Positions 7,992 to 15,330 of a stretch of DNA of 55,190 nt are shown here, piece after piece. The notes under the pieces are model-generated. The model was not told the origin of the DNA. It saw only the letters and a list, made by a program, of their open reading frames with translations, and searched no databases. Source of the stretch: Methanospirillum sp. (GTDB taxonomy: Archaea > Halobacteriota > Methanomicrobia > Methanomicrobiales > Methanospirillaceae). The stretch is taken from the NCBI GenBank assembly GCA_039679395.1, contig JBDKUZ010000007.1, positions 1 to 55,190 of the forward strand, written 5' to 3'. Position 1 is the first letter of the stretch, and every line of letters begins with the position of its first letter. Position numbers and translations under genes: made by a program.

Positions 7992-8056
7992 ATCTGTTGT
8001 GTTTTTTAGTGTTTGTTTACGCCAGAATCCACCAGGCCATTCTATTCTGCACATGA
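7988..8056 (+). CDS. 22-aa hydrophobic mini-ORF (MNLLCFLVFVYARIHQAILFCT), translationally coupled to the previous one
   Basis: It has an ATGA overlap with the upstream mini-ORF and a single predicted membrane-spanning stretch. The call rests purely on the sequence. Confidence 0.25.
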   Translation: MNLLCFLVFVYARIHQAILFCT

Positions 8057-8317
8057 CGCTCTCAAAGGATGAGACGACGATGTCTGTGCGGACACCGTGA
8101 ACAGTAGTATCCGGATCCATATCACCGACGTCGTCTGGTACTTCAACCACCTGTGAGCTGGCTCAGGTAACCGTTTTCTCTTAGCCATTCGGATCTTGAT
8201 TGCCGTGGGGCGCTCCTTTCCGGCTGGCGGAGCTAGCACAATGAACGAGATATTTGCGTTCTGGTGATCCGTAAACGCTAGAATTGTCAATAGGAAACAA
8301 CCAAAGATTTTTTATAG

Positions 8318-8410
8318 CATTGAGTGTGATTTCAAGCCGTAAACACATCAATGGAGGTTGGAGAAATGGATAAACTGAACTCCTTTTCAGAATCCAACCT
8401 CAGAAACGGA
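8318..8410 (+). repeat. copy B of the duplicated leader element (solo; downstream part replaced by GC-rich host DNA)
   Basis: cattgagtgtgatttcaagccgtaaacacatcaatggaggttggagaaATGgataaactgaactccttttcagaatccaacctcagaaacgga. The reading frame then runs antisense into the GNAT gene (track ORF 8351..8599), which I regard as non-coding. Confidence 0.75.
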
Positions 8411-8508
8411 CGCCCTTCCCCCGCATACGCACCATCAGAGGCGGGAGTCGCGCGCCATTCGGGCTGGGCTCGCCGCCACCGATCGTGGCCGGTGGTGTCG
8501 CGTGCCCG

Positions 8509-9009
8509 TCATCGGGGACAGCGCTCGAGACCACAGGCCGGAAAGTCGATATGGCAGTTGACCCACTCGGCGTCGTACCGGGGTCCGAACCGGTCGTAGA
8601 ACCCGCGCGCCGCCTCGTTCCATTCGAGCATCTGCCAGGTCATCCCGACATATCCTCGACGTTGGGCTTCTGCCAGCGCGGCCTCGAAGAGCCGACGCCC
8701 GATCCCCTCGCCACGCCGCGACGCGGTTACAACGATGTCCTCGAGGTAAAGCCGGCAGCCCGTCCACGTCGAGAACCGGATGTACCAGAGTGCGAAGCCG
8801 ACGATGATGCCGCTGTCCTCGGCCACGACCGCCTGCCAGACCGGAGACGGGCCGAACCCGGCATCCTCGAAGTGGGCGGGCGAGACGGTGACCGCGTCCG
8901 GTGCCTGTTCGAACGCGGCGAGTTCACGGACGAGCTCGAGGAGACGGGAGCAGTCCTCGCGGCGAGCCGGGCGGATCGTGGAGTCCATCGCGATCAGGTT
9001 CGCCTTCAC
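8509..9009 (-). CDS. GNAT family N-acetyltransferase
   Basis: ORF 8509..9009. It contains IVGFALWY....LEDIVVTASRRGEGIGRRLFEAALAEAQRRG (acetyl-CoA binding motif A, R-x-x-G-x-G). Confidence 0.85.
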   Translation of the reverse strand: MKANLIAMDSTIRPARREDCSRLLELVRELAAFEQAPDAVTVSPAHFEDAGFGPSPVWQAVVAEDSGIIVGFALWYIRFSTWTGCRLYLEDIVVTASRRGEGIGRRLFEAALAEAQRRGYVGMTWQMLEWNEAARGFYDRFGPRYDAEWVNCHIDFPACGLERCPR

Positions 9010-9051
9010 GGAGGTTAAGGGAACGCCGATAGCCCGACAGCCGCGCCGGGG

Positions 9052-9465
9052 TTACCCGAGCCTGAAGCCGTGGCCGGAGAAGAGCGCGACCAGTCGGTCG
9101 CCCTGGCGGACCTCGACGCGGTAGAGCGAGACCGACGGCGTCACGGAGACACGGCGCGCGACGGCCGTGAGCGGCCCGTCCGCGGGCGAGAGGTAGCTGA
9201 TCTCCGCTGCGAGCGCCACCTCGTGACCCGAGAGGTTTGCCGCGCAGCCAAAGGCATGATCGGCGAGTGCGAAGATCGCGCCGCCGTGCACCGCGCCGCT
9301 CCGGTTGAGAGTCCCCTCGCTGTCCATCGTGACCGTGACTGCGCCGTCCTCGACCGCGATCACCCGCAGGCCGAGGGTCCGGGCGAACTCGCAATCGTCG
9401 AACGAGGTTATGACATTCGCCATCTCAGCGTCCATCGCCGGTCCCTCCGTGCCCTCCGTCCTCAT
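9052..9465 (-). CDS. PaaI-family hotdog-fold thioesterase
   Basis: ORF 9052..9465. It contains NRSGAVHGGAIFALADHAFGCAA, the typical PaaI/4HBT motif. Confidence 0.85.
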   Translation of the reverse strand: MRTEGTEGPAMDAEMANVITSFDDCEFARTLGLRVIAVEDGAVTVTMDSEGTLNRSGAVHGGAIFALADHAFGCAANLSGHEVALAAEISYLSPADGPLTAVARRVSVTPSVSLYRVEVRQGDRLVALFSGHGFRLG

Positions 9466-9470
9466 GCCCG

Positions 9471-10904
9471 TCAGGCGATCGACACCTCCCAGGTTCCCGT
9501 CGAGACCACGTTCAGAAGGTAGGACCCGGCCGCCGGAACCACGACTCCTTTCGACGATCGGGGGACGGGTCCCTCGGTCGTGGAGACCACGACCGTCTCC
9601 CCGGAACCGACCAAGGTGACGGAGAACGGCCCCGTGCCCGAACTCTCGTAGGTGAAGACGGCCAGCCCCTCATTCAGGTGGAAGGTCGGTGTCGCCACGG
9701 TTCCATTGCTGCTGAAGGATCGTGACTCCTGCGTCGGCGTCGGTGTCGGAGCCTGGGTCGGGATGGTCGTCGTCGGCTCCGTTGTTGCCGTCGTCAGATT
9801 CTCGGTCGTGGTCGGCGCGGGCGACATCGTGCCCGTCGTCGGGACGTCCGACGTGATATTCGCGGTCGGGACCGCCGTCGTGACCGTCACGGGCGCAAGA
9901 GTCGGGACCGCTGTCGGGCTGGCTGCGTACGAGATCGCAACGGCCCAGGACCCGGAGCCGAACGGCCAGACCTCGAGCCGGTACGTTCCTGCGGCCGGAA
10001 CCCGCACCGTGGTGTTCGAGGGCCGCGGGCCCGCCGTGGCGATCCCGATCGCCGTGCCGGCCGCGTCCCGGAGCTGGGCCATCGTAAGCACCCCGGCATT
10101 GACCTGGACATAGACCGTCCCGGCCTCCAGACCGAACGGGTCCGTCACGTAGGTGCCCTCGCCGGACCAGGAGAGCGGGCCGAGCGGTCCGGAGGCGTTC
10201 GTCGGGACCGGCGACGGAGGCGCCGGGGTCGTCGGAAGGCCCGGTGTCGTGAGCTGGCTCGGGTCCCCGCCGGCGTTCTGGATATAGCGGGAGAGGGTCT
10301 TGATCACCGCCACGGTCTCGTTCACATGCGGAGTCACGTTCACCGACGCATTCACGGCCGCCGGGCCGGCGCTCCGGTTCCCTACCGCGGGGGTCGGGGA
10401 CGACGCGTTCCGGATCACGACCGCCGTTACGGTCGGGGACGGGATCGGCCCCGCACCGACGGCCTGTGCCGAGGCTCCGCCGACACCTCCCTGCCCCTGG
10501 CCGGCAAGCAGGATGCCTGCGATGAGGAGGACGAAGACGACAGCCAGCGCTCCCACGAGGTATCGATTCGAGAGGAGTCGCCGTATGCGGGCCGTCGCCG
10601 ACGTCTCCGCGATCGGATCCCCGCACTGCGGGCAGTACTGGGCGTTCGGTGACGGCAGACCCGCGCCGCAGTGCGGGCATACACCCGTTGCAGGCTCCGC
10701 GGGAGCCGGAGCGGGCGACACGGAGACCGCGGAAGCGGGTGCAGGCCGAGCCTGGGGGGCCTGCGCCGGGGGAGCCTGGATCGGCGCCTGCGGCTGCACA
10801 AAGCCCCCGGGCGGTCCCGAATAGCTCCGCATATTGACCTTGCAGTGGGGACAGAGCGACCACTCGGGACGAACCTCGGTACCGCAATTAGGACAATCGG
10901 CCAC
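9471..10904 (-). CDS. double zinc-ribbon membrane protein with Pro/Thr-rich extracellular region and two related beta-rich domains
   Basis: ORF 9471..10904. It has CPNCG..CPHC and CPHCG..CPQCG ribbons and one TM segment (YLVGALAVVFVLLIAGILLAG). Two domains end in similar motifs, VPAAGTYRLEVWPFGSGSWAVAISYA and VPAAGSYLLNVVSTGTWEVSIA. Confidence 0.8.
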   Translation of the reverse strand: MADCPNCGTEVRPEWSLCPHCKVNMRSYSGPPGGFVQPQAPIQAPPAQAPQARPAPASAVSVSPAPAPAEPATGVCPHCGAGLPSPNAQYCPQCGDPIAETSATARIRRLLSNRYLVGALAVVFVLLIAGILLAGQGQGGVGGASAQAVGAGPIPSPTVTAVVIRNASSPTPAVGNRSAGPAAVNASVNVTPHVNETVAVIKTLSRYIQNAGGDPSQLTTPGLPTTPAPPSPVPTNASGPLGPLSWSGEGTYVTDPFGLEAGTVYVQVNAGVLTMAQLRDAAGTAIGIATAGPRPSNTTVRVPAAGTYRLEVWPFGSGSWAVAISYAASPTAVPTLAPVTVTTAVPTANITSDVPTTGTMSPAPTTTENLTTATTEPTTTIPTQAPTPTPTQESRSFSSNGTVATPTFHLNEGLAVFTYESSGTGPFSVTLVGSGETVVVSTTEGPVPRSSKGVVVPAAGSYLLNVVSTGTWEVSIA

Positions 10905-11114
10905 GGCTGGACCTCGTTATGAACACTATCGCATGTACGAAGAATAAAAGCTCTTATTTGTTATCGACAAACCCGAAGCGAACGGCGCCGGGATCATCGC
11001 GGCCGCTCGACACCGTCGGTGACAGGAAGTCAGTTCGACGACCGGCCGCATCCGCAGCGCGACCTGAGAAATGTGAACCGGAGCGGTTCGCGCTCCAGGG
11101 CGTAGCGGTCTGTT

Positions 11115-11534
11115 CTACTCGAGAGCCTTTGCCACAGGCTCGGGCATCGCCTGCTTGACCTCGGACGGAATGTGCTGGGCGATCCAGGATTTATTCATCA
11201 TGAGTTCGTAGATGAGCACTGCAAAGACGATCAGACCGATCATTGCGAGGATGAGCCCCACCATTCCCATGGGGGAGTCGTGCTTGTGATGATACATCAT
11301 TCCCATAGGCGTTCCTAGAGAGCTTTCGGTATAAAATAGTTTCCATATCCTCAGCGAATGGGTGGGCGCAGCCCACGGGCCATTCTCGGGACGGTGCCTG
11401 GACGGGTGCGACGAGAGGGGCAGGTGCCGGCCGAGCCAGGCCCGTCGAGTCACTACGAGGTAGAGCGCAGCCGCAAAGAGGACGGCGCCGATCGCCGCGG
11501 CGATCAGATTCTTCTGGTTCTCCTTGGAGCGCAT
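11115..11534 (-). CDS. small membrane protein made of two related TM modules (possibly two genes: 11115..11306 has its own TATA-like box)
   Basis: These are internal starts of ORF 11115..11639, MRSKENQ at 11534 and MGMMYHH at 11306. Both halves show a TM helix plus [RK]x[AS]W[LI][GA][RQ]H[LI]P (LYLVVTRRAWLGRHLP / IYELMMNKSWIAQHIP). TATTTTATA lies on the minus strand at about 11330-11338. Confidence 0.5.
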   Translation of the reverse strand: MRSKENQKNLIAAAIGAVLFAAALYLVVTRRAWLGRHLPLSSHPSRHRPENGPWAAPTHSLRIWKLFYTESSLGTPMGMMYHHKHDSPMGMVGLILAMIGLIVFAVLIYELMMNKSWIAQHIPSEVKQAMPEPVAKALE

Positions 11535-11626
11535 GCCCGCCCGATGGCTCGCCGGAGGGATATACGTGCCTCGCCATGTCCGGTATCGGAACGGTTTTGG
11601 CTGTTCAGACCAATCTTCTGACCGCG

Positions 11627-12703
11627 ATGAGATCCCCATTGCTCCCGGCCATTCTCGCCGGTCTGGTTCTGCTCGCCCTGCTCCCGGCAGCAGCGAGTGC
11701 GGACACCGCTGCGGAACCCCAGCTCGACCACGTGACCGACCTGATGCGTGTGGGCCTGATGGACGATGCCCTGGCGAACCTCACGGCCATGCAGCAGGCG
11801 AACCCCGATCATCTCCGAGCTTGGATGATTAAGGGCCTGATCCTCGGGTACGTGGGCATGGCCGCAGAGGGGCACGCCGAGGCGGCCGAACGGCTCGCGG
11901 CGGATCCGGCCGACGGCGGTGGCCTCGCCCTCGATATCGGCATCGCTGTCGCCGAAGGCGACGATACGACCGCGAGTGCGGACTCCGCCAAGCTCGTGGC
12001 TGCATTCCCCGAGTCCGCCGACGCCTGGGATATTCGTGGGGGTGTACTCTCCATGCAGAGCGGGGAGACCGCGGCGCGCGAATCGCAGACGGCGTTCGAC
12101 CGGGCGCTCGCAATCGACCCCCGGCATGTCGACGCCCTGATCAACCGCGGCGAGCTGGCGGAGCCGACCGATCCCGACGCGGCAGAGCGGTTCCTTCGCC
12201 GCGCGGTCGACGCCAGGCCCGCATCCACCGACGCGAACGATGCCTGGACCACCTTCCTTATCGGCCAGAACCGGACGGCCGATGCGCTCGCGGCCTACGA
12301 TACCTGGCTCGGAAAGCAGCCCGCGAACACGATCGCGCTGATGGGCAAGGCGAGTGTCCTGGCCGATCAGGGCCGGTTTGAGGAGGCTCTCTGGCTTGTC
12401 CAGAACGTGGTCCGCGACGACCCTGGCTACCGGGACGGGCTCTTCTTCGAGGGCCAGCTCCTCCTCTCGCTTGGCCGATCCGCCGAGGCCGTGGATGCGA
12501 TGAACGACCTGCTCGCGCAGTATCCCGGCGACGAGGACGCCGAGGGACTGCGAAGCGAGGCCGCCGCCGCAGTCCAGGCCGCCACGCCGAGCGGGAATGC
12601 GACGCGCGCTCCGACTACGGCAGCAACCCGCTCCCCGGCGCCCGTGTTCGCCGCACTCCTTGCCGTCGCCGTTCTCGGAGCAGCCGCTCTCCGGCGCCGA
12701 TAA
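11627..12703 (+). CDS. secreted TPR-repeat protein with archaeosortase-type (PGF-CTERM-like) C-terminal anchor
   Basis: This is the internal start MRSPLLPAILAGLVLLALLPAAASA (signal peptide) of ORF 11576..12703. TPR-like A/L/D-rich repeats follow. The tail is a Thr-rich linker with an NAT sequon, then PAPVFAALLAVAVLGAAALRRR. Confidence 0.8.
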   Translation: MRSPLLPAILAGLVLLALLPAAASADTAAEPQLDHVTDLMRVGLMDDALANLTAMQQANPDHLRAWMIKGLILGYVGMAAEGHAEAAERLAADPADGGGLALDIGIAVAEGDDTTASADSAKLVAAFPESADAWDIRGGVLSMQSGETAARESQTAFDRALAIDPRHVDALINRGELAEPTDPDAAERFLRRAVDARPASTDANDAWTTFLIGQNRTADALAAYDTWLGKQPANTIALMGKASVLADQGRFEEALWLVQNVVRDDPGYRDGLFFEGQLLLSLGRSAEAVDAMNDLLAQYPGDEDAEGLRSEAAAAVQAATPSGNATRAPTTAATRSPAPVFAALLAVAVLGAAALRRR

Positions 12704-12745
12704 GCGGCCACATCGTTTTTTATCGCGCCCGCCGAGATCATCGCC

Positions 12746-13438
12746 ATGACGATCGTACTGGAGAGACCGTACGTGATCAGCTACGTCGCGGTCAGCCTGG
12801 ACGGGCGGCTCGACGGGTTCGAGCCGGACCTCGAGCGATACTACGGGATCGCGGCGCGGTTCGAGGTCGATGCAATCCTCTCGGGCTCGGAGACCTCGGT
12901 CGTCGCGATCGAGCGATACAGTGGTCTCGAGAACGTGTACGACGACGGCCCAGCGCCCGCGCGTGCACCTCCCGGCGACCCTCGCCCGCTCCTCGCGATC
13001 GTGGACGGGCGCGGACGTGTCCGCCGCTGGTCGATCTTCCAGGAGGCTCCGTACTGGGGGCGGTGGGTCGCTCTCGTCACGACGGGGGTGCCTGTCGGGC
13101 ACCGGGAGTACCTGGCCTCGCGGAACGTGGACGTCCTGGAGTGCGGAGGCGAGCATGTCGACCTCGCATGCTCGCTCGAACTGCTCGCCAGGGAGTACGG
13201 CGTGCGTCGTATCCGTGTCGATGCGGGCGGGCGGCTGAACGGCGCGCTCCTTCGCGCCGGGCTCGTGGACGAGGTCCACCTCCTCGTCTGCCCCTGGCTC
13301 TCGGGCGGCACGAGCCCGCGGTCATCGTTCGTGGCGGACGACCTGGCGCCCGGCGCTCCGGGGACGAGGCTCGAGCGCACGGCGGTCGAGCCATTCGAGG
13401 ATGGGGCCGTGCTCCTCTCCTACCGGATCGGCCGGTGA
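12746..13438 (+). CDS. RibD C-terminal domain / dihydrofolate-reductase-like reductase
   Basis: ORF 12746..13438. It reads YVISYVAVSLDGRL....VDAILSGSET....IRVDAGGRLNGALLRAGLVDEVHLLVCPWLSGG. Confidence 0.8.
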   Translation: MTIVLERPYVISYVAVSLDGRLDGFEPDLERYYGIAARFEVDAILSGSETSVVAIERYSGLENVYDDGPAPARAPPGDPRPLLAIVDGRGRVRRWSIFQEAPYWGRWVALVTTGVPVGHREYLASRNVDVLECGGEHVDLACSLELLAREYGVRRIRVDAGGRLNGALLRAGLVDEVHLLVCPWLSGGTSPRSSFVADDLAPGAPGTRLERTAVEPFEDGAVLLSYRIGR

Positions 13439-13512
13439 TGCCCTCGCACTGACTTTGGTTGCCGCGAGGACCGCGCCGCGGTTCCAACGGACGAATCGGA
13501 ATGGCCGAGCCG

Positions 13513-14226
13513 TCAGGGCTGCACTCCGGGCGAGGCCTGGAGCCCGACAAGGGCGCGGCCCCGAGAAAAGCAGTACTTCGCCTCGTTGTCCTGCCCGAGC
13601 CGGGCAAGGGCGAGCCCCTTGTTGTGCCAGGCGCTCGCGTCCCGGGGGTCGATGTCGAGCGCCCTGGTGAACGCCTCGACGGCTTCGGGGAGCCGCTCGA
13701 GACGGGCGAGGCAGGTCCCGCGGTTCAGGAGCACGGCCGGGACGGACTCGTTGATGGCGATCACGCGGTCGTAGTACTGAAGTGCCTCAGCAAAGCGTCC
13801 CTGGTCGGCGAGCGCGACCCCGATGTTGTACAGCGCCTTCGCATAGCGGGGCTCCAGCGCGACGATCGCCTCGAAGCAGGCGAACGCCGTGTCGAGCCGG
13901 CCCTGTGCGTACCGAACGTTGCCGAGGATGAACCGCGCCTCCGCGTGCTCGGGCGCGAGCCGGAGGGCCTGCTCGAGCGACTGTACCGCCTGCTCGAACT
14001 CGCTGAACCGGTAGAGGACGAGCCCCTGGACAAACCAGGCGTCGGGGTCGAGCGGGGCCTTTGCGATCGCGGCCGAACAGCAGTCGAGGGCCTCGGGAAA
14101 ACGACCCTCCCGGTCGAGGGCGACGGCGCGGACCACGAGGAGCGCCGGGTCCGCCGTCCCCTCGGTCAGGGCAAGCGCTTCCCCGTACCGGCCGACTGCA
14201 GCAGCCCGCGCGGCATCGCCGGTCAT
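13513..14226 (-). CDS. TPR-repeat protein
   Basis: This is the internal start MTGDAARAAAVGRY of track ORF 13513..14916. It has repeated 34-aa units (AWFVQGLVLYRFSEFEQAVQSLEQALRLAPEH, ALYNIGVALADQGRFAEALQYYDRVIAIN, etc.). The start overlaps the stop of the upstream gene (ATGA). Confidence 0.85.
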   Translation of the reverse strand: MTGDAARAAAVGRYGEALALTEGTADPALLVVRAVALDREGRFPEALDCCSAAIAKAPLDPDAWFVQGLVLYRFSEFEQAVQSLEQALRLAPEHAEARFILGNVRYAQGRLDTAFACFEAIVALEPRYAKALYNIGVALADQGRFAEALQYYDRVIAINESVPAVLLNRGTCLARLERLPEAVEAFTRALDIDPRDASAWHNKGLALARLGQDNEAKYCFSRGRALVGLQASPGVQP

Positions 14227-14723
14227 CGGAGCACCAGGCACTCGACCGCGCCCGTGGCCGTGTCCAGGATCGCGGCCGTCGGATCCGGCGCGAGGATGCC
14301 TGCGGCCGTGCCCGGGTTGACCACGAGGGTCCGGCCGTGCCGCTCGCTCCCGGCCCGGTGGGAATGGCCGCGGACCACGTAGTCGAAGCCCTGCGAGGCC
14401 ACGAGCGCGTCGAGAAGCTCGCGCTGGTGCCCGTGGAGGAGGGCGATCACGGTCCCGTCGGCCTCGATCCGCGCGAAGTCGCCGCGCAGCTCGCAGCGGT
14501 CCTGCTCCGCGAAGCGCTCGGCGAGAAGCGCATGGTCGCCGTCGTTGTTCCCGAGAACCCCGACCAGCGGGGCATGGAGGCCTCCGAGCCAGGCGACGGT
14601 GAACGGCGAGACGTAGTCGCCGGCGTGGAGGACGAGGTCGAGGTCCGCGCGGTTGAACCGGGCGACGGCGGCCTCGATCTGCCGCTGCTGGTCGTGGGTG
14701 TCCGAGATGATCCCGATCCGCAT
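14223..14723 (-). CDS. MJ0936/YfcE-family metallophosphoesterase
   Basis: This is the internal start MRIGIISDTHD of ORF 14223..14873. Motifs in order: DTHD, HAGDY, GNNDG, LHGH, GHSH. Confidence 0.85.
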   Translation of the reverse strand: MRIGIISDTHDQQRQIEAAVARFNRADLDLVLHAGDYVSPFTVAWLGGLHAPLVGVLGNNDGDHALLAERFAEQDRCELRGDFARIEADGTVIALLHGHQRELLDALVASQGFDYVVRGHSHRAGSERHGRTLVVNPGTAAGILAPDPTAAILDTATGAVECLVLR

Positions 14724-14988
14724 ATTGGATTCGGATATGCAGAGGTTCGTCATATGGGTTTTCCTCAAGGCCGTGGAGGCGCGGTCGCGTTCGGCGGTCT
14801 CTCGATCGCCGGGACGCAAGGGGTTCTCGATTTGGCGCACCGACTGAGTTCCACCACCCAATCCTGCGCCCAAGGAGAGGAGAGGTTTGCGGCCCCCACT
14901 CCTGTGGTCGTATCATACGGAAAAAGGGGCGTGGCCGGGCGCTCTATATTGACCGCACGCCCATTTCATTCTCTCGTTAATTGAGACT

Positions 14989-15013
14989 GAAATAGATGTT
15001 TTATCTCTATTTC
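14989..15013. promoter_or_regulatory. perfect 8-bp inverted repeat in a ~400-bp AT-rich divergent promoter region
   Basis: GAAATAGA-tgttttatc-TCTATTTC. It is surrounded by TATA-like tracts (ttttatattctataataggtatataga) between the phosphoesterase operon (minus) and the RCC1 gene (plus). Confidence 0.3.
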
Positions 15014-15330
15014 AATCATTTTATATTCTATAATAGGTATATAGAAAATAGCCATCAATTGCAAAAAGAACTTTATTTTGCCCTTTGCCGTGCACAGTTG
15101 CCGGGCAATAATTTATATCGACATCGGTGAATTTCCTCCGCGTCTGCCCTGATTATTGCAGTCTTCCGGCGTACCCCGGCATGTCATCGGATCAGCGTTC
15201 AGCAGGACAGTAAAGAGAGGCTTGGGACGGGTCTCAGGCCATCATGGATGAAGACTATGTGTCGGTCCATGGCGCGATTGAAATGGAAAGCAGACGGTGG
15301 AGGCGGAGCCTCATGCCGAGGAGAAGAGAT

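Noticed and set aside
7881-8290. Two overlapping minus-strand ORFs (89 and 82 aa) inside the AT-rich island that might form one frameshifted gene.
   Set aside because: No family resemblance. The 3' part is merely antisense to leader copy A, and the composition is unconvincing. They are mentioned in the island finding but not called as a gene.
8351-8599. 82-aa ORF starting at leader copy B.
   Set aside because: Only the first ~15 codons belong to the repeat. The rest is the antisense strand of the GNAT gene's 3' end and the downstream spacer, and is Arg/Ser/Gly-rich. It is considered a truncated relic.
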